Below the pieces are notes generated by a model. That model saw nothing but the letters and a program-made list of their open reading frames with translations, had not been told where the DNA came from and searched no databases. A DNA stretch of 64,000 nt, from NCBI GenBank assembly GCA_000437355.1, contig FR899762.1:45395-109394 (forward strand). The letters run 5' to 3'. Positions 9,287-18,796 of the stretch are shown in pieces. The position numbers were made by a program, and so were the translations under genes. This stretch comes from Firmicutes bacterium CAG:460. GTDB lineage: Bacteria > Bacillota_I > Bacilli_A > RF39 > UBA660. Every line of letters starts with the position of its first letter. The stretch's first letter is position 1.

Positions 9287-10171
9287 TCAATCAATACTTA
9301 CTAGTTCATATAAAGTTGTACCTAAACCTAGTCTTTCTGCTTCTTCTAGGGTATGAATTGCATTTTTATCAAGCATTCGCATCCTTAAAGAGTTTGCTCC
9401 ATTTTCAGTTAAATTCATAATTGTATCATAACAACATTTATCTAAAGCAACTGGGTCTAGGGATGCAAATATTCCTATATCTGCAATTTCTGGATCTTTT
9501 GGATTAATATCGCAATCACAATCTATTGAAATATTATTGGCAACGTTTATATAAACAATATTTTCAGGATTGAAGTAGTCCACGACAGATTTATCTGCTT
9601 CAGCCATACTTTCTAGAAAATCATCTTGTTTAGTTTCTAATTTACAGCATTCATCTAGTACAGTTGTCTTTCCTGCAGAATGAATCCACGCTTTACCATT
9701 TTTGGAAGCAACTCCGATTGACATATTCTTTAGAGCCCCGCCGAAGCCACCCATTATGTGTCCTTTAAAATGAGATAACATAAGCATAGAATCATAATTT
9801 TTAATATGACTACCAACATAGTTTATGCCACCTAAATGTTTTCCACCATTTATAGGAATTTTAATTTCACCATCCTCATCCATAATATCGCATGGAGCTA
9901 TATCATAAAAACCATGGTCTTTGATAACTTGCCAGTGATCACTTGGATGCATTCTTTTTCCAGCATAAGCAGTACAACATTCAACAATTGTACCATTTAA
10001 TTTATTTACTAAAACTTTAATTAAATTTGGATTTAAAAAATTATGTCCACCAGGTTCTCCGGTTGAAATTTTAACAGCAACTCTACCTTTTAATTCATGA
10101 TTTAAACTTTCATAAATTTTAACTAAACTTTCACTTGTTATTTCTTTTGTAAAATATACTTTACTTTTCAT
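9287..10171 (-). CDS. DUF362 domain protein
   Basis: VAVKISTGEPGGHNFLNPNLIK and the CDCD/Cys-rich C-terminal half resemble DUF362. Confidence 0.6.
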   Translation of the reverse strand: MKSKVYFTKEITSESLVKIYESLNHELKGRVAVKISTGEPGGHNFLNPNLIKVLVNKLNGTIVECCTAYAGKRMHPSDHWQVIKDHGFYDIAPCDIMDEDGEIKIPINGGKHLGGINYVGSHIKNYDSMLMLSHFKGHIMGGFGGALKNMSIGVASKNGKAWIHSAGKTTVLDECCKLETKQDDFLESMAEADKSVVDYFNPENIVYINVANNISIDCDCDINPKDPEIADIGIFASLDPVALDKCCYDTIMNLTENGANSLRMRMLDKNAIHTLEEAERLGLGTTLYELVSID

Positions 10172-10229
10172 TGTATCAATCCTTTCATGTATTTATGATA
10201 ATACAATTTTGAAAATATGTCTAGAAAAC

Positions 10230-10427
10230 TATACAATTTAATATTATTTTTATATAATGATCTTGTCAGGGGCCTCGATATAGAAGGAGGCATTTTGAGA
10301 AATTTTTTTAGATTTTTATTTTATATAATCTGGGAATATTTTGATTATAGAAAGTATTAATAAAAATTTAATTACATTAATCTAAAATAAATAACCACTC
10401 TTAAAATGTGGTTATTTATTTTTTTCT
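10230..10427 (+). other. Small stand-alone transcription unit: promoter, structured leader with TCAGGGGC box and GAAGGAGG SD, 21-codon TTG ORF, terminator
   Basis: TATACA-17 nt-TATAAT (10230-10258). TCAGGGGC at 10266-10273. GCCTC/GAGGC could sequester the SD. ORF 10295-10360 (MRNFFRFLFYIIWEYFDYRKY). 10-bp hairpin 10389-10417 plus T-run. Confidence 0.35.
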
Positions 10428-10464
10428 ATATATTTAATTAAATCGTCTATATTTTTTTGATAAT

Positions 10465-10818
10465 TTATCTGCAAAATAATAATCCTTCAAAATCGTAATC
10501 ATCTTTATACAAAATTTCATAATTAGTAAATTTATCTAAAAAAACATCTAAGCTGTCATTTGGATTCTCTCCACCAATTATAATTCCGTAATCAATGTTT
10601 GTTTTTGTAATGTAATATAGCAAAAAGAATTTTTTAATATAATTATTTAAAATATTAATTTTTGAGGTTCTATTTTTAGAAAAGTTTTTGCTATTTAATT
10701 TCGTTAAAAATTTAATAAATATATTTAATGCTTCTGTTTCTAAATCAAAATAATGTGGATTCTCGATTATATATATAGAAAAAACACTTATCACATTTAA
10801 AGATGATAAATAATGCAA
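10465..10818 (-). CDS. Hypothetical protein
   Basis: ORF only; no motif recognised. Possibly a truncated remnant. Confidence 0.3.
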   Translation of the reverse strand: MHYLSSLNVISVFSIYIIENPHYFDLETEALNIFIKFLTKLNSKNFSKNRTSKINILNNYIKKFFLLYYITKTNIDYGIIIGGENPNDSLDVFLDKFTNYEILYKDDYDFEGLLFCR

Positions 10819-10975
10819 TTCATAAATTGGTAAACTTTTGATGGTATTATTATTTTCCCATAAAATTTACTTTTTCAGCGTAGCTCTTAAAAATTTATTG
10901 TGCAAATATTTTAATTATTGTTTACTTTTCCACTTTTAAAATGATAAAATATATAATTAAAGAAGGTGTTAAATT

Positions 10976-11896
10976 GTGTTAAATTTTATTTTAAAAAATT
11001 CTTTTTTTTATTATACTGTTATGATGCTATTATTTATGGCTTTCTTCTCTACATTAATAGTAGATTTAAAGAACCCCAAAAATGATTTTCAAAATTTTAC
11101 TAAGTTGGATAAAATAGCTAAAACTAAAATCATTATAATTATTGCTAGTATAATAATACATTTAATTATAGTAACAATAAAATGGAAGTTATTAACGCAA
11201 ATAGCAATATTTATTTTAATCCCTGCCTTTCTTTTTTGTAAAAACATTTATGATGTTTATGCAAATAAAAATGGATTGTCTACTGATGATAAATATTCTA
11301 AGTTATGGGCTATGTATTTATATATGATATTTTTTTCTTCAACGGCAGTTACAATTTATTATGAACATTTGGCATTTTTAGGTCATTGTACAAAAGAATG
11401 GTTATTAATTTTTTATTTACTTCTAAAGATTATCTTATTTGTTTTCTTTACTTTAAATAGTATAGCAATTCTTTTATCAGATATTAATAAAGTAAAGCCA
11501 TTTAAATTCAAAAATGATAATATTTTCCACAAAATATGCGATTATGATTTTTTTCTATATAGAAAGTGTAATTTTCAATTATGCTTTTATATTGATATTT
11601 TAATTTATTTTATACTTAGTATAAGCACAATTATTTTTAATTTACTTATATATTTATTTAAAAAAATATGGATAAGAATAATTAAGAAAATTACTATTAA
11701 AATTATAAACTCTTTCATAAGTAATTATAATTTGATTATTAAAAAGATAACCAACATTTCAATTATTGTTGCATTTTGTATTGTACAAATTATAGTAATT
11801 TCAAATCCATTAATTTTCTCTTCTAGTACTAAAGAAATTTATAGTTTTCTTTCAACAGTAATATTAATTCCTTTTATTTATGATAGTATTAAATAG
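10976..11896 (+). CDS. Hypothetical multi-pass membrane protein
   Basis: GTG start after AGAAGGTG. At least 7 hydrophobic segments. The only long plus-strand ORF in the island. Confidence 0.45.
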   Translation: MLNFILKNSFFYYTVMMLLFMAFFSTLIVDLKNPKNDFQNFTKLDKIAKTKIIIIIASIIIHLIIVTIKWKLLTQIAIFILIPAFLFCKNIYDVYANKNGLSTDDKYSKLWAMYLYMIFFSSTAVTIYYEHLAFLGHCTKEWLLIFYLLLKIILFVFFTLNSIAILLSDINKVKPFKFKNDNIFHKICDYDFFLYRKCNFQLCFYIDILIYFILSISTIIFNLLIYLFKKIWIRIIKKITIKIINSFISNYNLIIKKITNISIIVAFCIVQIIVISNPLIFSSSTKEIYSFLSTVILIPFIYDSIK

Positions 11897-12001
11897 AATA
11901 TATCTTTTTTTCAATATAATTTTGATTTTTTTCAAACGATTTATTATATTTATTGTTTTTAATAAAAAACCGTAGAGTTACTATTTCTACTGTTTTCATT
12001 T

Positions 12002-13447
12002 TTAATCTATAACTCCAGTTTCAAGTATTATCTTGTTCATTTTTATATCACCAAAACTATCATAAACCGAAGCCACGATTATTTGATATCCCTGAAAATC
12101 TCTTTTCAAAATATTCATCATATCAATTGCTGCATCTTCTTTCATTTCACTGGTTCTTGGTGAATCTATTATAAATGGCAATTTTATTTCAAATTTTTCT
12201 TCAATAGTTTTAAGATATGCTAACTTAAATACAAATGCTAATTGAGCTAATATTTTACCACTGTACCCTTTCAATTTTTTTGTTAGTACAATGCTATGAT
12301 CTTTGTTTATATATTGTTTAATCTCCAGTTCAATTGCATATTTATCTATGACATCATAAAAATAATTTAAATAATTGTTATTAGTAGATAAATAATTTTT
12401 AATTTTATTATTTATTTTCTTTTTTTGATTTGTTAGATTATTTAATACATTCTCTACAATATTTTTATCAAGATTAATATTTTTAATGTTGTCTTCCATA
12501 TTTTCTAAAATAGTTTTCATATCAAATAATGTGTTTTTTTCTTCAATCTTCTTCATTACTTTATTATATTCTGCTTTATACTTAAATAGTTGATGGTTTA
12601 ATAGAGACTTTTTGTATTTTAAATACATTTCATTTTCTGGATAATTTAAAATATTTTCTTTTTTTAATTCTATTTTTTCACCATTTTTTCCTTTGACAAT
12701 TATTTTCATATTTTCAATATATTCTATGAATTGTTTGTTATCTCTAATAATTTCATCTATTTCAGATATTTCTTTTTCCTTTTCTTCTATTTGAAATTTA
12801 ATTTTATTTTTATTCTTTATTAGCAAACTTATTTCTTCATTTGTTTTACTAATAGCCAAGTTATCAACAATTTCGTCTTTAAATTCAGATATTTTCAACA
12901 AATTATTATACTTTCTTATTTCTTGACTAACTTTTTCTCTTTCGTAAAATAAATCGCCTAAATCTTTTCCAGATAAGCCTGATATATAATTTTCTATATT
13001 AAATCTATTGTTTCCTATTATTTTACCTCTGTTAAGCATTGTCCATCCTTTTTCTTGATCTATGTAAAATACAGCTAAAAGATTTTCTAGTATTAACAAG
13101 TCTTCTATTCCAAATAGTAATGACTGAAGTTCATATTGTTCTTCTGGTAACAAAAATTTTTTTTCATTATTTTCATCCTTTAAAATTATTGTTTCCCCGG
13201 TTCTAATTAACAATATTTGTTTCACTTCAGATGATAACTCAATATTAATTTTATATTTACCAAAATCACCAATTCCTTCTGTGGGTGGGATATTATAACC
13301 AAGACCGTATAGTATAAATCTCAAAAGTGTAGTTTTTCCTTTTGAATTTTTTTTACTAAAAATTAAATTAAAATCATTTTTAAAATTATATTTTTGACTT
13401 TTATTATTAAATGAAATCTCAATACTATTTATTACCATAATTTTCAA
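12002..13447 (-). CDS. lmuB: Lamassu LmuB-like SMC/Rad50-type ATPase (DUF3732-like)
   Basis: N-terminus FNLIFSKKNSKGKTTLLRFILYGLGY (Walker A plus the DUF3732-type YxLG), long coiled-coil middle, C-terminal KLPFIIDSPRTSE (Walker B-like). Overlaps the upstream nuclease gene by 23 nt. Confidence 0.6.
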   Translation of the reverse strand: MKIMVINSIEISFNNKSQKYNFKNDFNLIFSKKNSKGKTTLLRFILYGLGYNIPPTEGIGDFGKYKINIELSSEVKQILLIRTGETIILKDENNEKKFLLPEEQYELQSLLFGIEDLLILENLLAVFYIDQEKGWTMLNRGKIIGNNRFNIENYISGLSGKDLGDLFYEREKVSQEIRKYNNLLKISEFKDEIVDNLAISKTNEEISLLIKNKNKIKFQIEEKEKEISEIDEIIRDNKQFIEYIENMKIIVKGKNGEKIELKKENILNYPENEMYLKYKKSLLNHQLFKYKAEYNKVMKKIEEKNTLFDMKTILENMEDNIKNINLDKNIVENVLNNLTNQKKKINNKIKNYLSTNNNYLNYFYDVIDKYAIELEIKQYINKDHSIVLTKKLKGYSGKILAQLAFVFKLAYLKTIEEKFEIKLPFIIDSPRTSEMKEDAAIDMMNILKRDFQGYQIIVASVYDSFGDIKMNKIILETGVID

Positions 13448-14438
13448 CTCCTCTCTTTATTTCTTCAATGCTATTTGATCTCAAAATTATTTCTTTAGCT
13501 ATAATTTTGGCACATGTTTGCAAAACAATATCGTCTTTTTTTTTGTTTGGAAAAATTAAATTAAATATTTCATTTTCGTTATCTATAATAAATTTATATA
13601 TTGTTATTGATTTTCCCATTTTTAATTTATATTTTGAATATAACGATATTATTTTGTTATAATCCAAAAAAGTTGAACTCTTTATATCAATTATTTTTTC
13701 GTATTCATCTATGGCTTCTAGAAAATCAGTTTCTTCAATGCCAAGATTTCCATCAAACTTCTTTACGTCATCTAATTGTAATTTACAAACTACTAATCCC
13801 CAAATTACATTTTCTTTAGTAATTGTTATTTTGGGACTTTTTACTGAGGCATTTTGTAAGAAATCATCTTCCCAAATAGTTATTATCCTATTAGCAAAGG
13901 AATTGATGCTTGGGCTAACTTCAGAAATAAACTCTGTCATTTTTTTGCTTATTGTTTTATGTCGCTGTTCCCAGTCATCACCATAAAATGGTATTTTACC
14001 TATAATCAATTTATTTGTATCAATATCATAACTTCCATTCAATATTTGTTTATCCACTTTTTTCTTTGACGGAGCTTTCAATTCATCATATCTAACAAAA
14101 CTAACATCGTTAAACTCTGTTGTGCCAGAATTTAATGGGTTGTCTTCTAAATTGCTAATATACATTAAATCACAGACGCCTTTATCTTTAACATTTGATA
14201 GTGTTCTAAGTGCTTCATTTAATTTTTCGGAATGCCCCTTATTATCTTTTGTTGGATATTCTTTTGATTTTGCTTGTACGTATATTTTTCTATTACGCAA
14301 AAAAATTTCTATATCTTCTTGAGTTCCTTCCACCTTGATTTGATTAAAATCAGAAAAATATTTAAGCATTAAATATATTGCGGCATTTATTTGAAATTGA
14401 AAGCCAAATACCGTTGCACTTGCTTGTGTATTATTCAT
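13425..14438 (-). CDS. lmuA: Lamassu LmuA-like effector with DUF4297/Cap4-type PD-(D/E)xK nuclease domain
   Basis: N-terminal ATVFGFQFQINAAIYLML and EGTQEDIEIFLRNRKIYVQAKS (E..D-E..QxK) match the DUF4297 nuclease core. GGAGGAAG RBS precedes the ATG at 14438. Confidence 0.6.
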   Translation of the reverse strand: MNNTQASATVFGFQFQINAAIYLMLKYFSDFNQIKVEGTQEDIEIFLRNRKIYVQAKSKEYPTKDNKGHSEKLNEALRTLSNVKDKGVCDLMYISNLEDNPLNSGTTEFNDVSFVRYDELKAPSKKKVDKQILNGSYDIDTNKLIIGKIPFYGDDWEQRHKTISKKMTEFISEVSPSINSFANRIITIWEDDFLQNASVKSPKITITKENVIWGLVVCKLQLDDVKKFDGNLGIEETDFLEAIDEYEKIIDIKSSTFLDYNKIISLYSKYKLKMGKSITIYKFIIDNENEIFNLIFPNKKKDDIVLQTCAKIIAKEIILRSNSIEEIKRGVENYGNK

Positions 14439-14469
14439 AACATCTTCCTCCAATAAATAATTGGTATAT

Positions 14470-14498
14470 ATTTTACATTATTTATTGATATTTATCAA
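14470..14498 (-). promoter_or_regulatory. Candidate sigma-A promoter for the Lamassu pair
   Basis: Minus strand TTGATA-17 nt-TAAAAT between the hsdR stop and the lmuA start. Confidence 0.4.
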
Positions 14499-14565
14499 CT
14501 ATAATTATGCTGCTTATATCAAAAAATAAGAAACGCAATGATTTATTTTTTTACTGTATTATAAA

Positions 14566-17500
14566 TTACTTTCCTGTTATGCTAAAAAATTTATCAAAGA
14601 AATCTAATAATTTATCAATTACTTTGTTTTTCTTTTCTTGTCTATCATTTGTTGGAGTAAACATATTCATTGGAGGAAGTAGTGTAGATACTTCAGTTCC
14701 ATTAGTTTCCACTCTTCCTTGTTCAAATGATTTTTGAATAAAATTATAAGTTTCCTCTTTATTTAAATTTTCATCAGCTATTATCTTATCTAACTGTTCT
14801 TTCTTTTTACTATTCATAAATGTTTCAAAATCAACATATACATTTGAATCTTGGTCTAAAGAATCAATAAATGCCATAATTAAGTCTTTTTTATTTCTTA
14901 AATCTGGACTAGCCATTATAGCTTTTTGAATGCTTACAAGTATTTCTTTATCTTCCATATTTGAGTCATAATACTTTTTAACTAATGCTAAGATGTAATC
15001 AATATTAACTTCAATTGACTTAATTAATTCCATTTCAAATACAACATCTTCTGTAACATCCGTTTTTTCTCTTTTTGCTTTATTTCTGAATTCATTATAA
15101 AGTTCTATGTATATGCTGTGATAATCCTGTTTATCCCTTTCATTGATTAATTCTTCATTTTCGAATTCATCGAATGATGATAAGATATTAGTAACTTTTA
15201 ATATCGCACCGTATAGTTTTATAAATTCTTTTTGTTCTGTTTCGCTTTGCATTAATTCCCCTGGTGCAAATTTTGAAGTTAACTTTTCAACTAAAGATTT
15301 ATACCCTTCAAAGGTTTTACCATTTTCATCTTTATATCCAAAGTAGTAATCTTTATATGGTTTTAAAAGTACAATACCATGTGCATTCTCATCACCAAAT
15401 TTTGCAAGTGCTTCATTAAGTCTATTTTCTAAGTTTCTAAATGAGACTATATTACCATATGTTTTAACACTATTTAAGATTCTATTTGTTCTTGAAAACG
15501 CTTGAATTAATCCGTGCCATTTTAAGCTTTTGTCAACCCATAATGTATTTAATGTTTTAGCATCAAATCCTGTTAAAAACATATTAGCTACAATCAATAT
15601 ATCAATTTCCCTATTTTTCATTCTTAAAGAAACATCTTTATAATAATTTTGGAATTTTTCTGATGATGTATCATAACTTGTTCCAAACATGTTGTTATAA
15701 TCTTTGATTGCATTTTCAAGAAATGTTCTATCATCAGTACTTAGTGCTTCGGTTGATTCTGAATTTTCATCAATTACTCCATCTTCTTCATTAACACCAT
15801 AAGAGTATATTAAAGCAACTTTTAGATTACTATTCTTAAAATCTAATTGTTTTTTAAATTCTGAGTAATACTCTTTAGCCATTTTAATATTTGATACTGC
15901 AAATATAGAGTTAAAACCATTAATATTCTTTTTTGATTTAATTTCTACTGTATTTTGTCTTTTAGCTACTTCTTTAACATTATCTAGAGTCGAATAAACA
16001 TAACTTTCAGATGTCTTTGTTTTTGTGGAAAAATGTTCTATTATGTAATTTGTAATTGAACTTATACGCTTTTGATTATCAAATAGTTTTTCTTCATCTA
16101 TATTATATATTTTTTCATCTTTTACATCATCTGATATATTTGTTCCACCAACATATTCATATCTAAATGGTAATACGTTTTTGTCTGCTATTGCATTTAC
16201 GATTGTATAAGTATGTAATCTTTTTCCAAAAATTTGATCAGTTGTTTCAGAAATACCTTTTATTGTTCTAGCATTTTCTGGGAATATTGGTGTTCCTGTA
16301 AATCCAAACAAATAATATTTTTTAAATTTTTTAATAATTGCTTTGTGCATATCTCCGAATTGAGATCTGTGACATTCATCAAATATAAATACTACATGTT
16401 TATCAAATACATCACTATTTTCATTTTTCTTAATAAATTGAGATAACTTTTGTATTGTAGTTATTATTATTTTTGCATTAGGGTCATTTAATTGTTCTTC
16501 TAATACTTTAGTTGATGTATTAGAGTTAGCAGCTCCTTCTTTAAATCTATCATATTCTTTCATTGTTTGATAGTCTAAGTCTTTTCTATCTACAACAAAT
16601 AATACTTTATCAATAAAATCTAATTTGCTAGCAAGTTGAGATGTTTTAAAAGATGTTAGTGTTTTTCCCGAACCGGTTGTATGCCAAATATATCCACCAG
16701 ATTTAATAGTTCCATAGAATTTATTATTGTATGCTATGGTTATTCTATTTAAAATCTTTTCAGTAGCAACTATTTGGTAAGGTCGCATTACTAATAATTC
16801 TTCTTCAGAAGTAAATACACAATACTTAGTTAAAATATTTAATAATGTATGTTTAGTAAAGAAAGTTTTAGCAAAATCAATTAAATCTGTTATCCCATTA
16901 TTTTTTTGATCTGCCCAATATGAGGTAAATTCAAATGAATTAGATTTCTTTTTCTTTTGATTATTGATATGAAATTCCCTTGTAGTATTTGAATAATACT
17001 TAGTTAATGTTCCATTTGAAATAACAAATATTTGGACAAAGTTATATAATCCAGAACCTGCCCAGAATGAATCTCTTTGATATCTTTCTATTTGATTGAA
17101 AGCTTCTCTTAAATCTACTCCTCTTTTCTTTAATTCAATATGAACCAAAGGAAGACCATTAACTAAAATAGTTACATCATATCTGTTATCATAATTTCCA
17201 TCATTATTAACATATTGATTTAATACTTGAAGATTATTGTTATGAATATTATTCTTATCTATTAAGTAAATATTTTTCTTTTCACCTGAATCAAGTGTTA
17301 TCTCTTGTTTATAATCTTCTTGAATCAATCTTGTTTTTTCAATAATATAATCATTTTTATTAGCAATAACTTTAGTAAAGAAATTATCCCATTCTCCATC
17401 GGTGAATCTATAATTATTTAATTTCTCTAATTGTTTTCTTAAATTAAGAATCAATTCATTTTCTGAATGTATATTTAATCTTTCATAGCCTTGTTCAACT

Positions 17501-17628
17501 AAAGTTTTAATTAATTCTTTTTCAAGAGCATCTTCGCTTTGAAAAGATTTTGATTCTCTATTTAATCCTTTGTATTCAGCTAATACTGTTGAATTATCAT
17601 TTTCACTTATTAAACCTATACTACTCAT
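14566..17628 (-). CDS. hsdR: Type I restriction enzyme R subunit
   Basis: 1020 aa. SF2 helicase motifs HTTGSGKT, FIFDECHRSQ, GFTGTP, QAFSRTNR. N-terminal nuclease-like region VTILVNGLPLVHIELKK. Confidence 0.93.
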   Translation of the reverse strand: MSSIGLISENDNSTVLAEYKGLNRESKSFQSEDALEKELIKTLVEQGYERLNIHSENELILNLRKQLEKLNNYRFTDGEWDNFFTKVIANKNDYIIEKTRLIQEDYKQEITLDSGEKKNIYLIDKNNIHNNNLQVLNQYVNNDGNYDNRYDVTILVNGLPLVHIELKKRGVDLREAFNQIERYQRDSFWAGSGLYNFVQIFVISNGTLTKYYSNTTREFHINNQKKKKSNSFEFTSYWADQKNNGITDLIDFAKTFFTKHTLLNILTKYCVFTSEEELLVMRPYQIVATEKILNRITIAYNNKFYGTIKSGGYIWHTTGSGKTLTSFKTSQLASKLDFIDKVLFVVDRKDLDYQTMKEYDRFKEGAANSNTSTKVLEEQLNDPNAKIIITTIQKLSQFIKKNENSDVFDKHVVFIFDECHRSQFGDMHKAIIKKFKKYYLFGFTGTPIFPENARTIKGISETTDQIFGKRLHTYTIVNAIADKNVLPFRYEYVGGTNISDDVKDEKIYNIDEEKLFDNQKRISSITNYIIEHFSTKTKTSESYVYSTLDNVKEVAKRQNTVEIKSKKNINGFNSIFAVSNIKMAKEYYSEFKKQLDFKNSNLKVALIYSYGVNEEDGVIDENSESTEALSTDDRTFLENAIKDYNNMFGTSYDTSSEKFQNYYKDVSLRMKNREIDILIVANMFLTGFDAKTLNTLWVDKSLKWHGLIQAFSRTNRILNSVKTYGNIVSFRNLENRLNEALAKFGDENAHGIVLLKPYKDYYFGYKDENGKTFEGYKSLVEKLTSKFAPGELMQSETEQKEFIKLYGAILKVTNILSSFDEFENEELINERDKQDYHSIYIELYNEFRNKAKREKTDVTEDVVFEMELIKSIEVNIDYILALVKKYYDSNMEDKEILVSIQKAIMASPDLRNKKDLIMAFIDSLDQDSNVYVDFETFMNSKKKEQLDKIIADENLNKEETYNFIQKSFEQGRVETNGTEVSTLLPPMNMFTPTNDRQEKKNKVIDKLLDFFDKFFSITGK

Positions 17629-18796
17629 CTTTACACTCCTTATTTTGTTCTTGATATTCTAAATAACACGCTACATTAACAAGTAATTTTATTTCTTTAA
17701 AAGTCATATCATACGGTTTTATAACTACCCATTTTTTAGCAAATTCTTTTGAAAAAGCTTCAGCTTGAATTAATCCCCACTCTATATCGCCATATCCATC
17801 ATCATTTAAATAACAAAATATTTTTTCTAATTGGTAATGCATCATCTGGTGGGCTTTTGGTCTACTATATAAAAGTGTATCACATAAACTATAAATACCA
17901 TCGCAATCATATTTATCAACCGCATCGCATAAATCAGGGATAATCTTTTTAATTTGATTTCTAAATAGTTCAACATTATTTCTGTTTTCTGCAAAAGTCA
18001 AATTACATTCTAAATCATCAATTAATTCGTCAATATTGTAATGTTCCAAATATCTTTCGTCTAAAATTGTCACAATTTCTTTCAAAATAGATAAGTCATC
18101 TTGATTTCGATTTACTTTATGTTTCTTTTTCTCATTTTTAAATTCTTCAACAATTGAATTATATTTATTTATTATTAGTTCCAATTTATAATACTTATTT
18201 TTAACATATTGTTTCAAATCTTCAAAATCTAAACATATATGAGATGTGTCCCTTTTATTGCTATAAATTTGGACACCAATTGGATTTTTATAGTCACAAT
18301 GAAATTGCAAAGTACTACTTAATAAATATGGTGAATATTGTATTTCATTTTGAATCCTATTTGGTATAGACCAAGATGTTTCAGCAGGATGCGCAAATAC
18401 TAACGATCTTAAATATTCATAAAACTGATCATCGGCAGCATTTTTGCTATTCCTGTAATTCTCATATTCTTCAATGTTTTTGAAAATTTCATAATCTTTT
18501 GTATATTTATAAAAAATATTTTCTTTATTAGAACAATCAATTTTTAAAGAATTGGACACTTGATAAATTGCATCTTTAATTATACTGACATGTACAAAGA
18601 ATAAAATAATATCATTTTCATTCTTTGAATAATCAGAATGACTATTTATATAGTCAATTGATGTATCAAGTCTATCCATCGCCGCACATATAAGATCCCA
18701 ATTTTCTTTCTGTACTGGATCCTTCCAAAATAAATCATCGCTGTTAACAGCTTCCCTTAATTTGTTATTTAAATCGTTATCAAGCAACAGTTTCAT
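17621..18796 (-). CDS. Unknown 391-aa protein embedded between hsdS and hsdR
   Basis: ATG overlaps the hsdS end by 17 nt (GAGGAA RBS inside hsdS). Stop overlaps the hsdR ATG by 8 nt. No P-loop. One Rx5H element (RSLVFAH). Confidence 0.6.
   Translation of the reverse strand: MKLLLDNDLNNKLREAVNSDDLFWKDPVQKENWDLICAAMDRLDTSIDYINSHSDYSKNENDIILFFVHVSIIKDAIYQVSNSLKIDCSNKENIFYKYTKDYEIFKNIEEYENYRNSKNAADDQFYEYLRSLVFAHPAETSWSIPNRIQNEIQYSPYLLSSTLQFHCDYKNPIGVQIYSNKRDTSHICLDFEDLKQYVKNKYYKLELIINKYNSIVEEFKNEKKKHKVNRNQDDLSILKEIVTILDERYLEHYNIDELIDDLECNLTFAENRNNVELFRNQIKKIIPDLCDAVDKYDCDGIYSLCDTLLYSRPKAHQMMHYQLEKIFCYLNDDGYGDIEWGLIQAEAFSKEFAKKWVVIKPYDMTFKEIKLLVNVACYLEYQEQNKECKDE

Noticed and set aside
17621-18796. 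Annotating the hsdS-hsdR passenger as PrrC or RloC anticodon nuclease
   Set aside because: Position and size fit PrrC, but there is no Walker A/B NTPase motif in the N-terminal half, and I cannot recognise the PrrC C-terminal motif. It is kept as unknown.
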